Numbered from the stretch's first letter, positions 18,830-28,738 are shown. The stretch is DNA of 64,000 nucleotides from an uncultured delta proteobacterium (GCA_963699755.1 CAVOVB010000001.1:1568001-1632000); one strand, 5' to 3'. A program made the numbers and translations. Notes: generated by a model from the letters alone, not told the origin.

Positions 18830-20077
18830 TCACAACTCTCTTTCTTCGTTGGAACGGCCTAGCTCCCGCTCTGGTCGCTGTAGAATTCGAATCGCACGGG
18901 CGTCGCGCTGCGCGGCGCGACTGGCGACGAAATGACGCCATGTGCCAGGGTGCGGAGTCTTCTGAATCGCCTTCCGTTGGACTGCGAGCTTCCGCTTGAG
19001 GGCCCGGGATTCGATGGCTCGGCGGAGCGCCAGTTGTTGTGAAAGCCGTTTTCGGTCGCGGCCCGACACGGGTAGGGCGGCGAGGAGACCTCGCTGGTTT
19101 CGATACTTCTCTTTGAGCCGCCGACGCTCGCGAGAGGCGGTGTCTCGGTAGCTGCTCCAGGCGTGTCGGCGCTGCCTTCGGGCCTGGTCGAGAGACTGCT
19201 CGTATTCCTTCCACAAGCCCTGCGGCGCGATGGCCGGGGCGGGGGAGTATCGCAGGGTCGCGGTTCTTGCGGCTTCCAGCTGATGCCCTGGCGTTGGCTG
19301 GAAGTCTCCGAACCGTTTGCAGAGGCGGGGCTTGCTGAGCTGGCGATCTACAAAAGAGGCCTTCACTCGCATGCCTTGCTCGACGTCCTCGAAGACGAGG
19401 CCGTTGCCATGCGGGCGAAGCACGACACCAAGACTGGCGCACACGTCGTGAACATCGTCCCAGCTCCGCAGCTGCCCGGCTCGAAGTGCGGGACCTAGCT
19501 CGTTCCGGGCCCAGCGAGCAAAGCTGTCGATCCCGTGCTGAGCTTCGTGGTCCGCTGCTCTCTGCGGGACTTTCTCACGATCGCGCACCTTGGACTGAAG
19601 CGGCGTGAGTCCGAGCTCTCGTTCGAGCGCACGGCCCGCGGTGAAGAGCTTCTGGTGATCCCAGGCTGGCGAGTGAATGCGAAAGGTCTCCGGATGAATC
19701 TTGTGGATGGCCACGTGCACGTGTTCGTGGTCTTTGTCGTTGTGACGGGCGGCGATGTACTGGTGACCGGCAAACCCCAACGTCTCCACAAGGTTTTCCA
19801 CAACACGCCTGAGCTCGTTCCCGTCGAGGCTTCGGTCCTCCGGGTGAAGCGAGACGACGAGGTGGTAGGTACGGTTGCTGCCCGCGCGGGTGTTCTGCGC
19901 GTTCACAGCCTCGACGAGTCGGCACGCCAGCTCGAGGTCACGGGTCCCGGTCACGCCAGGAAGATTGGCAGCCAGGAACCAGGTCGCTCGCGGCTTGTCG
20001 CTTCGACCTCGAATGTAGCGCGCGAGCTGACGAAAGCCTTTGTTGCTTGCCGATGCACGTTGGTGCCGGACAATCAC
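18830..20077 (-). CDS. traI: MOBP-family relaxase (IncP TraI-like)
   Basis: Motif I FRQLARYI (catalytic Tyr), motif II TYHLVVSLHPED, motif III HNDKDHEHVHVAIHKIHP. Confidence 0.9.
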   Translation of the reverse strand: MIVRHQRASASNKGFRQLARYIRGRSDKPRATWFLAANLPGVTGTRDLELACRLVEAVNAQNTRAGSNRTYHLVVSLHPEDRSLDGNELRRVVENLVETLGFAGHQYIAARHNDKDHEHVHVAIHKIHPETFRIHSPAWDHQKLFTAGRALERELGLTPLQSKVRDREKVPQRAADHEAQHGIDSFARWARNELGPALRAGQLRSWDDVHDVCASLGVVLRPHGNGLVFEDVEQGMRVKASFVDRQLSKPRLCKRFGDFQPTPGHQLEAARTATLRYSPAPAIAPQGLWKEYEQSLDQARRQRRHAWSSYRDTASRERRRLKEKYRNQRGLLAALPVSGRDRKRLSQQLALRRAIESRALKRKLAVQRKAIQKTPHPGTWRHFVASRAAQRDARAIRILQRPERELGRSNEEREL

Positions 20078-20421
20078 CGACGGCCCGCTAGCCGCTCCAC
20101 CGCTCGACGGACTTGGATGATGGAGTCGAGGAGCTCGAGGTTCAGCCTGTTGTGGCTCGATCGATCAGAAACGCCCTCTCGGATGGCGAGCTTGAGGAGG
20201 CCGCCGATGCGGTTGAGGTCGGCGTGCACCCGTGCAACCTCGGTGAGCGCCTGTGCATCGATGGTGCTTTTCAGGCGAGCACCCACGAGACATCGACGGA
20301 GCACCTCTGCACGCGAGTGGCTGGTTTGCTGGGCGAGGGTATCGAGCCGACTGAAATCTTCCTCATCGACACGGAACGAGACGATTCGTGACTTCGGCTT
20401 CCGTGCTCCGCCGCCTTTCAC
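20074..20421 (-). CDS. traJ: Relaxosome RHH accessory protein (TraJ/MobC-like)
   Basis: RHH-like N-terminus; ARVHADLNRIGGLLKL motif; 4-bp overlap with relaxase. Confidence 0.8.
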   Translation of the reverse strand: MKGGGARKPKSRIVSFRVDEEDFSRLDTLAQQTSHSRAEVLRRCLVGARLKSTIDAQALTEVARVHADLNRIGGLLKLAIREGVSDRSSHNRLNLELLDSIIQVRRAVERLAGRR

Positions 20422-20663
20422 TTCGTCCCTCCCTTTGTGTGTTCGCGTTCCGCACCCACCCCGACGGCCAGAACAACGCTCGCAAGCTCCAGCGCACGCC
20501 TCACGGCAAACTCGGGTGGCCCGTCGAGCACTGCGCGGGCACCCGCAACCAGCTCCGAGTGCAGCACGAGGTTCGCAAACTCGCGCAGCACCAACATTGG
20601 GATTTCGCCGCCGTCCGCTACCCGATGAAGTAGCGCGGCGGCAGCCCGACGGACGTCGTCCAT
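20418..20663 (-). CDS. Small hypothetical protein, first gene of the traJ-traI operon
   Basis: MDDVRRAAAALLHRVADGGE...; overlaps traJ start; degenerate homologous sequence at 26381-26436. Confidence 0.5.
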   Translation of the reverse strand: MDDVRRAAAALLHRVADGGEIPMLVLREFANLVLHSELVAGARAVLDGPPEFAVRRALELASVVLAVGVGAEREHTKGGTK

Positions 20664-20680
20664 GGGCACAACCCCCTTTT

Positions 20681-20924
<244 letters not shown>

Positions 20925-21015
20925 TCCGGGCCGGGCGTTCAAGACGGCGCGCGTCTGCTCGCGATTCGAGTCCATCTTGGTGAGCACCGAGATGTAGATT
21001 GCGTGCTGGGGTCGT

Positions 21016-21477
21016 TCAGGCGGATGCCGCTGAACGCAGGTAGTGGCGCCGGACATCGTCGCGGGTGACGAGCCAGAGGCCGATGAGATGTACTGCACTG
21101 GCGGCGAAGAACATGGTGGAGCCGAAGGTCTCGATCATGAAGAACTCGGGCCACGGCACGCTCTCCTGCACGAGGAAGGCGGAGAGAGCGTCCCAGATAC
21201 CGACGATGTTCCAGACGATGACGGCGATCCACGCGCCGATCCCATTGCCTCGCACGATGAGGTAGGCGATGAGCAAGGCGCTCACGCCGATCACGGCATC
21301 TCCAACCAGCGGCATCAGCCATGCGGACGGTGGGTCGCCAGGGCCGCCGGCTCCGGCTTGGCCGATGAACGCGACGGTCATCGCCCGGCCTGACAGGAGA
21401 AGCGTGAGGGCCAACAGGACGGCCCGCTTCGGGCCGAGACCGGCTGGCCTGGGTGTTTGCGGTGTGGACTCGGTCAT
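21016..21477 (-). CDS. Hypothetical 4-TM membrane protein
   Basis: Four hydrophobic segments; coupled to the upstream SRPBCC gene. Confidence 0.65.
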   Translation of the reverse strand: MTESTPQTPRPAGLGPKRAVLLALTLLLSGRAMTVAFIGQAGAGGPGDPPSAWLMPLVGDAVIGVSALLIAYLIVRGNGIGAWIAVIVWNIVGIWDALSAFLVQESVPWPEFFMIETFGSTMFFAASAVHLIGLWLVTRDDVRRHYLRSAASA

Positions 21478-21896
21478 GGAGCATGCCTCGCTTGAATACA
21501 GTGCTGGCCACCGAATCGACGGCCGAGCGAGTCGAGGTTGCCCTCGATCATCGGCCCGAGACCATCGGCCATGGCGTCCGGCTTCACGTCTGTGATCCAG
21601 ACCAAGGTGGATGTACCGTTGCCTTCATCGATGACCTGCATGGACGCCGCGTGGAACTCGATTGGGAAAGGCGAGTCGGTGATCGTATAGGCCACGCGCT
21701 GATGCTCCTCGTCGATGCCGACGATTGTTTCGGTGAGCTGCCCTCCGTCGGCGAGCGTACACGAACGTGTGTCGCCCGAAACGGAGCTCTTGTGGACGAT
21801 GTCCAAGAGGTCGGAGATCTGTCCGACATCGGCAACCCTGGTCCAGAGATCTTCGGCCGAGAGGTGAACGGTTACGCTTCTATAGATGGTTGCCAT
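21474..21896 (-). CDS. SRPBCC/polyketide cyclase family protein
   Basis: AEDLWTRVADVG, RSCTLADGG.LTETIV.ID...RVAYTI, LVWITDVKP; GAGGAGG RBS. Confidence 0.85.
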   Translation of the reverse strand: MATIYRSVTVHLSAEDLWTRVADVGQISDLLDIVHKSSVSGDTRSCTLADGGQLTETIVGIDEEHQRVAYTITDSPFPIEFHAASMQVIDEGNGTSTLVWITDVKPDAMADGLGPMIEGNLDSLGRRFGGQHCIQARHAP

Positions 21897-21907
21897 GATG
21901 CCTCCTC

Positions 21908-22135
21908 TCAAACCGCGGTCTTGGTTTGGGCCAAGTCGCGCAGATCGTCGGCCGTCATCGCCTGGCCGCCAACGCCCCACTCCCCTGGCTTCACGTCTTC
22001 AATCGTGACCCAGGTAACCGGACGCAAGCCCTCTCCTTCCACGGAGACGACCGCGTCCGTGACCTTTCGGATGAGATCCTGTTTCTGTTCCAGGGTGAGA
22101 TATCCCTCGATTCCTCTGATTTGTACGAGTGGCAT
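21908..22135 (-). CDS. 4-oxalocrotonate tautomerase family protein
   Basis: Catalytic Pro1, EQKQDLIRKVTDA, WVTIEDV..GEWGVGG. Confidence 0.92.
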   Translation of the reverse strand: MPLVQIRGIEGYLTLEQKQDLIRKVTDAVVSVEGEGLRPVTWVTIEDVKPGEWGVGGQAMTADDLRDLAQTKTAV

Positions 22136-22171
22136 TGTCGTGTTCCTTCCGCCGTGTTCTCTGGGTTTTTT

Positions 22172-22189
22172 TGGGACCGATTGGTCCTA
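22172..22189. promoter_or_regulatory. TetR operator upstream of tautomerase operon
   Basis: TGGGACCG-AT-TGGTCCTA, near-copy of the palindrome at 22801. Confidence 0.7.
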
Positions 22190-22204
22190 AAAAGGTAAAA
22201 AGAG

Positions 22205-22786
22205 TCAGTCGAGCGATTGGAGCGCGATGGAGGCGACCTCTCGAAGGGCCCGTGCGCTGGCCCCGGCCTTGGCCATGGTCTTGAGTCCGCTCAACGTCGT
22301 GAGACAGTATCGAGCCAAGGGGCGGGCGGGCTTGCTCTTCGGAATGCGTCCTTCGCGCTGGGCACGCTCGACTGCGGCCACGAAGGCGGCCTCGAATCGC
22401 TTGTGCTCCTTGGTGACCAAGTCGGCGAGGCTCGGGTCACGTTGGGCGAACTCGTTTGCGGTGTTCATCACGAGGCAACCGCGTTGTTCTTCCCTGCGAG
22501 CGACACCCTCGGCGACGCCGTTCAGCGAGCTCGCGATGAAATCGTACCCAGAAGGGGCGTCGTTTAGCTGCTGCCGCATGCTGTCGACGACTCGGTCGGC
22601 GTAGCGACGTATGCAGCGCTCGAAGAGCTCGTGCTTGCTCTCGAAGCTCTGATAGAAGCTGCTCTTGGAAAGACCCGTCGCGTCGAGCAAATCTTGAAGC
22701 GAAGTGGCCTCATACCCTTTGGCCCAGAACAGCTCCATCGCGGTTTCCAGCGCGGCGCTGCGGTCGAACTCCAAGGGCCTCGGCAT
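22205..22786 (-). CDS. TetR/AcrR family regulator (NemR-like)
   Basis: MPRPLEFD...LFWAKGYEATS..DL..ATGLSKSSFYQSF.SK; RGCLVMN. Confidence 0.93.
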   Translation of the reverse strand: MPRPLEFDRSAALETAMELFWAKGYEATSLQDLLDATGLSKSSFYQSFESKHELFERCIRRYADRVVDSMRQQLNDAPSGYDFIASSLNGVAEGVARREEQRGCLVMNTANEFAQRDPSLADLVTKEHKRFEAAFVAAVERAQREGRIPKSKPARPLARYCLTTLSGLKTMAKAGASARALREVASIALQSLD

Positions 22787-22796
22787 GACAGTTTCT

Positions 22797-22826
22797 TGTA
22801 TAGGACCGAACGGTCCTAAATGTCAA
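22797..22826 (-). promoter_or_regulatory. sigma70 promoter with operator in the spacer
   Basis: Minus strand TTGACA-18 nt-TATACA enclosing palindrome TAGGACCG-AA-CGGTCCTA (22801-22818). Confidence 0.75.
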
Positions 22827-23152
22827 GTCGGCTCGAGAAGGATTCGGCAGCGCAAACATTTGGGACTTCCACCGAACAGCACGATTGCGGCCGCCAATCA
22901 CACGAAGGGAATCTGCAACTGCCACGCCATCCAGAGAGCCCCCGCGCAGAGCGTAAAGAGGGTGACGATTCGGTTCATGGTTTCGTGGTGCATGGACCAT
23001 GCTTGTCGCTCCGCTGCTTTGCGACCCATGGAATGAAGCCCTAAGAGAACCCTCGTGATTCCTGAAGACATCGACCTCGAAGACCTGAGACGCAAGCTGT
23101 CCGCCTGAGTCGCGCAAGGCATGGCGACGCGACATCACAGGGCACACCTTTG

Positions 23153-24325
23153 TCATCCGCTCGTTGGGCGTTTGTCGGGCTGCCGGGGCGCTCGTCCACT
23201 CACGCTCAGCTTGTCGACGACCCGCTCGACCCCATCTTGTCCATGGACGAGCTGCTTGATCTTATCGCGGACGCCCGCTCTTGGGACACGGCCCGAAACG
23301 ACGGCAACGTTGCCGAAAACCGCGAGGTCGAGTGAGAGATTCTGGTATCTGGTATGGAGGACGTCACGGACTCGTCGAGCGAGTGCCTTGTCCTGCTTCT
23401 TCCCGCGCGCGGAAACGACTAAATAGTCGCGCACGCGGCGAACACCGCGAACCTGCTTGATCAGATCGAGGGCGCGTGACGCTTCCTGCTTGTCTCGGAC
23501 GGAGCCGGTCACCGTGACTTCGCCAGAGCGAACCGATATGGCGAGGGTGGTCCCCTCGACCATGACAGCGTGACGAATCACTTCGCGAACCGCCTTGGCG
23601 GTCGCCCGGTCTCCACGCGCCTGCCCGGTGATCTCGACACCGTCGGCGAGCACGTCCTCGACGCCCGGAATGTCGGCGACGATCTGCCGAGCGAGCTCCA
23701 GCTTCCACAGTGCGTCGAGGCTTCCCTTGAGAACCATGAATCGGCGGCAAGCTTCGACGCCAAGACGCGCTCCGAAGGGCACCGCCTCGGAGTTGAGATG
23801 GGCGCGCGCAGTCTCCTCCAGCGCGATTTCGGCCGGGGACTTGGCGCGGCCCCAGCTCGCCACGGTGGGGGCGGACACGCGAAACAGCGTCCGCTTCAAT
23901 GGCTGGCGATCCGCAGGCCATTCAAAGACGGCTTCGACGCCGTCGCCATAAAGCTTACGGACGGTTCGAGTTGGAAGTGGACCCTCCATGACGACGAAGA
24001 TCGGAACCTGCGCGCCTTCTGAACCGAAGCGGCGAGCGAAACCCGAGACGGACAGGTTGGGAATCGGGGGAACGACGACGAGGGCCTTCGTGACTTCGTC
24101 GATCGCGCCGTGGGCTGCCTCCGGGGTATCCACCCGCCGGCACAGCACTCCAAGCTCACGAATCGATCGGGTGATGTGCTTCGACAACTCGCTCTGACCC
24201 AGCACCAGGACGTTGCGGCGCCCTGAGAGCTTGGGTGCGGGGGGCTTGCGGCGTGCCGAACGCGCCGATGCTTTGGGCCGGCGTCGCCGTGGCTGTCTAG
24301 AGCGGGCTCCCTCGGGGCTGCTCAT
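23153..24325 (-). CDS. BON-domain protein with receiver-like N-terminal domain
   Basis: Repeated BON motifs (GEVTVTGSV...VRGVRRVRDYL; VAVVSGRV...DGVERVVDKL). Confidence 0.75.
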   Translation of the reverse strand: MSSPEGARSRQPRRRRPKASARSARRKPPAPKLSGRRNVLVLGQSELSKHITRSIRELGVLCRRVDTPEAAHGAIDEVTKALVVVPPIPNLSVSGFARRFGSEGAQVPIFVVMEGPLPTRTVRKLYGDGVEAVFEWPADRQPLKRTLFRVSAPTVASWGRAKSPAEIALEETARAHLNSEAVPFGARLGVEACRRFMVLKGSLDALWKLELARQIVADIPGVEDVLADGVEITGQARGDRATAKAVREVIRHAVMVEGTTLAISVRSGEVTVTGSVRDKQEASRALDLIKQVRGVRRVRDYLVVSARGKKQDKALARRVRDVLHTRYQNLSLDLAVFGNVAVVSGRVPRAGVRDKIKQLVHGQDGVERVVDKLSVSGRAPRQPDKRPTSG

Positions 24326-25242
24326 GACGCCTCCTTCGAATGGCCGTTGAACGCGCTTGGTGGAAGTGAATCAGCGAGTGGCTGGCCGCCACGGACACCG
24401 AAGTCCAACGTACGAATGGGGAACGGAATCACGATCTCGTTCTCGTCGAACGCCTTCTTGATCGCGAGGATCGCGCGACTTCGCGCGTCGAGAAAATCCG
24501 GATGCTTCGCGTAGTCGACCCAGAAGCGGCCGACCAAGTCGATCGAGCTGCTCCCAAATCCGGTGAAGAATACCTCAACGTTCCGGGAGCGGTCCCGGCT
24601 CTCGATACCCTCGAGTGTCTCCGCGACGAGCTGCTTCACCTTCTCGAGATCGTCGCCATAGGAGACGCCGCACTCGAGGTCGATACGCCGGGTCCCCGAA
24701 GCAGAGTAGTTCATGACTTTGTTTTGATAGATCTGCTTGTTGGGAATGACCGCCATCTTTCCGTCTAGCGTCCGAATGATCGACGTTCGGAGATAGATCT
24801 TCTGCACCACGCCGAACACATCGTTGGTCTCGACGACATCGCCGATCTTGAACGGCCAGCGCTGATGGATCGCGAGGCCGACACCCGAGATGAGGTTCCC
24901 GGCGAGGTCTTGAAAGGCAAAACCGATCGCCAACCCTACGATACCCGCACCGGCGAGAATGGAAGCAAGCGCCTTGTCGAGATTCATCACCCCGAGTGCG
25001 ACGACCAGACCGGCCAGCAGCACCCCGATCCGGATGATGCGTGAGATCAGATCGCGAGCGGCTTGGTGAGTATCGAAGCGCCTCAGGGCCCGATCGCTGG
25101 CGCTGCACGCCACTCGTGCCGCGAGCCAGAATAGACCGAGCACGAGCAGCGCCACAACGATGTTGGGAAGCATTTCGCCGACCGTATCGGCCCATTTGGA
25201 GAGCTTCCCCATCACATCCGGATAGACTTCCTCGAGCGGCAT
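24322..25242 (-). CDS. MscS family small mechanosensitive channel
   Basis: GAGIVGLAIGFAFQD, PFKIGDVVE, IPN, IPFPIRTLDF. Confidence 0.92.
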   Translation of the reverse strand: MPLEEVYPDVMGKLSKWADTVGEMLPNIVVALLVLGLFWLAARVACSASDRALRRFDTHQAARDLISRIIRIGVLLAGLVVALGVMNLDKALASILAGAGIVGLAIGFAFQDLAGNLISGVGLAIHQRWPFKIGDVVETNDVFGVVQKIYLRTSIIRTLDGKMAVIPNKQIYQNKVMNYSASGTRRIDLECGVSYGDDLEKVKQLVAETLEGIESRDRSRNVEVFFTGFGSSSIDLVGRFWVDYAKHPDFLDARSRAILAIKKAFDENEIVIPFPIRTLDFGVRGGQPLADSLPPSAFNGHSKEAS

Positions 25243-25251
25243 CAGGCAGCC

Positions 25252-25737
25252 TTATACGTTCAGGTGACTCTCGAGGAACCACATGTCGAGCTCGGTTCCT
25301 CGCAGGATTTCGATGCAAAGGTCCTCGGTCGCGGGATCTTCGAGGTCTGCGGCCTCCCGCACGGCGTCGCGGACGAGGCGATTGTATTCGCTGTATCGAT
25401 CGACGAGCGTCTTGATGTGATGCTTTCCATCAACGGCGCGGAGGTCATACTCAGGAAGCTTCGAACGTTCCGCGCTCTGCCGCGTCGTGCCCATCGCGTA
25501 GCCTCCGAGAGTTGCGGCTCGCTCGGCGGTCACGTCGGCGTAGTCGAGGAGCTTCGCGGCCAGACTGTCGAAGAGCTCGTGTCGCGCAACGAACTGCGGC
25601 CCCTTGATATTCCAGTGAGCTTGCTTGACTTGAGTACGAAGGTCCGACGTGGTCGCGAGGACGGTGTTCAGGGTATCGACGAGCTTGGTCTTGGTTTCCT
25701 CCGGTAGTGAAACGTGGTTTGCGAATCGAGTGGGCAT
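25252..25737 (-). CDS. dps: Dps DNA-protection/ferritin-like protein
   Basis: KQAHWNIKGPQF..HELFD, AERAATLGG, D.ATEDL, WFLESHL. Confidence 0.93.
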   Translation of the reverse strand: MPTRFANHVSLPEETKTKLVDTLNTVLATTSDLRTQVKQAHWNIKGPQFVARHELFDSLAAKLLDYADVTAERAATLGGYAMGTTRQSAERSKLPEYDLRAVDGKHHIKTLVDRYSEYNRLVRDAVREAADLEDPATEDLCIEILRGTELDMWFLESHLNV

Positions 25738-25804
25738 GAAATGTTGGTTCCTTTCTGGAATGAGGTGAAGTGTTGAGAACGGTTCATCGGTCGCTCGAAC
25801 CCAA

Positions 25805-26125
25805 TCAGTTGCTGGGCATCACGATTTGATTCGCGAGTTTCTGAAAGCGCATTCGGAGATCCTTTCCGGCCCGGACGAGGTCTTCTTGCGTCCGTTCGAC
25901 GGCATCTTCCACCTCGGCGCTGAATCGTTTGGCTTCGCGCTCGAGCATCCTGCGGGTGTCCTGCACCTCGGCGCTCGCGCCCTTCGACTTCATCCGGATC
26001 TCGTGTGCCGTTCGTGAGAGCTCGCTGCGGAGCCGGTTCAGCTCCTCGGAGACGTTCTCGCCAACGGTGGGCTCCGACGGTTTGTGGTTTTCGTTGTTGG
26101 ATTCGTTGGTGATGGTTTCTTCCAT
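25805..26125 (-). CDS. Small charged coiled-coil hypothetical protein
   Basis: AAAGGA RBS; helical heptad character; heads the dps operon. Confidence 0.6.
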   Translation of the reverse strand: MEETITNESNNENHKPSEPTVGENVSEELNRLRSELSRTAHEIRMKSKGASAEVQDTRRMLEREAKRFSAEVEDAVERTQEDLVRAGKDLRMRFQKLANQIVMPSN

Positions 26126-26380
26126 GGTTTGGTTGGTTCCTTTCTGCTGATGGAATGCATTTCGATCCGAGCGCGAAGCCGCAATGGTCCGCTGAACCGA
26201 CGCTCAATGAGCCGGCTTTGAGAACACAGAGCCACGGCCGCTGCGGCGGTCGATTGCGTTCAGCTTGGTTGAAGCGTTTGCAGGATGTGAAAATCGACTG
26301 CGCGACACCTCATGTGTTTCCTAAGCATAGCGCACTGGGCCAAAAACGCAAGGTTTTTGACCAATTTTCCCTATTCACCT

Positions 26381-26484
26381 CCGCCGTCGGCGACCCGATG
26401 AAGCAGTCCAGCGGCCGCCCGATGGACGTCGGAGATTGCCACAACGCCCTTTTTCATTCTGGTCACCGTAAACGAAATGAGCGC
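26381..26484 (+). repeat. Diverged copy of 20608-20710 (element right end)
   Basis: Manual alignment about 80% identical over ~104 nt, including the CATTC(C/T)GGTCACCGT arm motif. Confidence 0.85.
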
Positions 26485-26512
26485 ACCCGTGGCCCTCGCA
26501 AAATTCCGCCAG

Positions 26513-27091
26513 TCACATCGAATCGGTTTGCGGAGTTCCTCGCAGTCGCTGATACGCGAAGGTCATCACGATCAAGCTGAACGGTGTTGCGAGGAGTGAG
26601 CCGAAAATGATCGAGCCGCCGATCGCGTTTAGGACGGCCACGATCAGGAGCAGCACGAAACTTGGGGCGAGGTTCTCCTTGATGATCGTGTAGCTCTGTC
26701 CAATCGCTGCCGTCGCACCGGCGCCATCGATCGCGATCGCATGGAAGGTGAACGCGGTGATGAAGGCGAAGATCACGCCCGGTAGCACGAGCAACATCGA
26801 ACCGACGATGACGCCTACGCCAATGAGAATCATGGCGATTAGACTCGCGCCAAATTCGGAAAACCCGTCGAACACGTCGGTGGCGGTGCCCTCCTCGCCG
26901 CGCATTCGCTTACTGACCAGTTTGATGAATCCGACAATCATGGGCCCAGCACACACGCCTAGGCTCACGGCCGAGATCACGAACATCAGTAGAGTGGCGA
27001 CGACGTAGAGCACGACATCGTCCTTGAAAAGTGCCCAACTCTCGCGCAGTGAGCTCTCTACGAGGTTCTCGGTTTGAATCGCTTCGGACAT
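26513..27091 (-). CDS. Integral membrane protein (DUF975-like)
   Basis: ESWALFK, GPMIVG, DVFDGF, LVLPGVI, AIGQSY pattern; 4-5 TM helices. Confidence 0.7.
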   Translation of the reverse strand: MSEAIQTENLVESSLRESWALFKDDVVLYVVATLLMFVISAVSLGVCAGPMIVGFIKLVSKRMRGEEGTATDVFDGFSEFGASLIAMILIGVGVIVGSMLLVLPGVIFAFITAFTFHAIAIDGAGATAAIGQSYTIIKENLAPSFVLLLIVAVLNAIGGSIIFGSLLATPFSLIVMTFAYQRLRGTPQTDSM

Positions 27092-27143
27092 TGGCACCTC
27101 CTTCACGAGATGAAGCCATGGATGCAGGCTATACTCCACGCTG

Positions 27144-27851
27144 ATGCGGGAACAACGATTTGCTAGCATCAACGTTCGGTTGACGGGAGGCGAGGATCGC
27201 GAAGGCGGCGGCGATGGACCGCTCGTCGTACTGATGCATGGCTTCGGTGCGCCCGGGACCGACTTGGTTGGTCTGTGGCGAGTGCTCGATGTGCCCCACC
27301 ATGTCCGCTTCGCGTTTCCCGAGGCCCCGCACGCGATCCCCGGGCTGTTCGGTGCACGCGCGTGGTGGATGATCGATTTCGCACGCGCCGAGCAAGCGAT
27401 GGCGGCTGGGCCGCGAAGCTACGCCCGGGAGATTCCGCCTGGGATGGAGGAAGCGACCGATGGAGTAGTCGAAATGATCGAGGCACTTCAACGCGACCTT
27501 GGTGTGCCGAGCGAGGGCCTGATAGTCGGGGGGTTTTCTCAAGGTTCGATGGCGGCATGCAATGCCGTGTTCACCAGAAACATCACCCCTGGCGGCTTGG
27601 TGATCCTCTCGGGCACGCCTGTGAATCTGGAAGCGTGGAAGGCCGGGATGGCATCGAAACGCGGAGTTCCCGTCTTTCAAAGCCATGGGCAGAACGACCC
27701 GCTGCTCTCGTTCCAGGCAGCCGAACAGCTGCGCGACGAGATGCGCGAGGCCGGCCTTTCGACCGAGTGGGTTCCCTTTCGAGGCGGCCACGAGATACCG
27801 ATGGCCGTCCTCGAAGCGCTTGGCCGATTCTTGTCGACGACGAGCGATTAG
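27144..27851 (+). CDS. Phospholipase/carboxylesterase
   Basis: HGFGAPG, GFSQG nucleophile, SHG.NDP, F.GGHEIP. Confidence 0.9.
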   Translation: MREQRFASINVRLTGGEDREGGGDGPLVVLMHGFGAPGTDLVGLWRVLDVPHHVRFAFPEAPHAIPGLFGARAWWMIDFARAEQAMAAGPRSYAREIPPGMEEATDGVVEMIEALQRDLGVPSEGLIVGGFSQGSMAACNAVFTRNITPGGLVILSGTPVNLEAWKAGMASKRGVPVFQSHGQNDPLLSFQAAEQLRDEMREAGLSTEWVPFRGGHEIPMAVLEALGRFLSTTSD

Positions 27852-28738
27852 TTTCCGGGCGCGTCTAGCGCCAGGGTCTCCTCCTCGCGTCCCCGTACGA
27901 CCCGCTTGCCTGCAAGTGGTCCGCGGTACTCGGTGACGATGGTGCATTGGCCTTCGTGGCCGTCGCGCTCGAAGTAGATCACCACCCAGTCCCGAACGCG
28001 GCCGAGCTCGTGGGCCCGGTCCGTGTTGGAGTAGAGCGCGGTGAAATGCCAACCCTCGTCGTAGCTGTGAAGGATGGGCAGCCAGGCGGCGCCATCGGGG
28101 TTGTTTCGCTGAGGGGCGATGCGAGGGAGCTCGCCCGCTTCGGCTTTCTCCCGGTAGTCTCGATCGATCTCCAGCAACAGGGTGACATCCGGTTTGGCTT
28201 CGGCGGTCGCGGGACCGGTGACCTTGGCTCCCGCTTCTCGTAAATCTTCGAATCTGCGTGCCCTTCCGCGCGCAGAGCGTGTCAGCATCGTCGCCAGGAT
28301 GTCGCGAACGGCCTCGAGCCTTCGCGGGCCGAAGCCAGCCACCGCGTCGAGTCGTCCGTCGTGTGCGGCGACCTCCAAGGCTTCGAGCGTGTCGATGTCG
28401 AGCTCTCGGTGAATCCGCTCCGCGAGCTCTTCGCCGACGCCCGGGATCGTCTTGAACAACTCGACCGCCGAGAGCGTCCCCTCGAGCCGGCCCAGCATGC
28501 GCAGCTTCCCCGTATGCGCGATTTCGTCGATCGAGCCGGAGAGGCTCTTGCCGATTTGCGGGAGTGCATCGAGGCCTTCGCGTCCTTCGGTGAGCGCGAG
28601 GTCTTGAATGCTGCTCGGGTGCGCTCGAACCACCGCGGCTCCTGCTCGGTACGCATCGATTCGATACATGTTGGCGTGCTGCGTTTCGAGACGGTCGGCC
28701 ACGCGCTCTAGGAGCGCAGCGATTTGCTCGTTCGTCAC
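27848..28738 (-). CDS. Helix-hairpin-helix protein with PolX-like N-terminus
   Basis: NEQIA.LL..VAD.LE...N.YRI.AYR, LPQIGKS, IPGVG, VAGFGPRR; no polymerase core. Confidence 0.75.
   Translation of the reverse strand: MTNEQIAALLERVADRLETQHANMYRIDAYRAGAAVVRAHPSSIQDLALTEGREGLDALPQIGKSLSGSIDEIAHTGKLRMLGRLEGTLSAVELFKTIPGVGEELAERIHRELDIDTLEALEVAAHDGRLDAVAGFGPRRLEAVRDILATMLTRSARGRARRFEDLREAGAKVTGPATAEAKPDVTLLLEIDRDYREKAEAGELPRIAPQRNNPDGAAWLPILHSYDEGWHFTALYSNTDRAHELGRVRDWVVIYFERDGHEGQCTIVTEYRGPLAGKRVVRGREEETLALDAPGN

Noticed and set aside
26502..26511. TGGCGGAATT (minus) as the remnant host tRNA-Leu 5' half at the outer boundary
   Set aside because: Position fits, but a 10-nt match is too short to distinguish from chance
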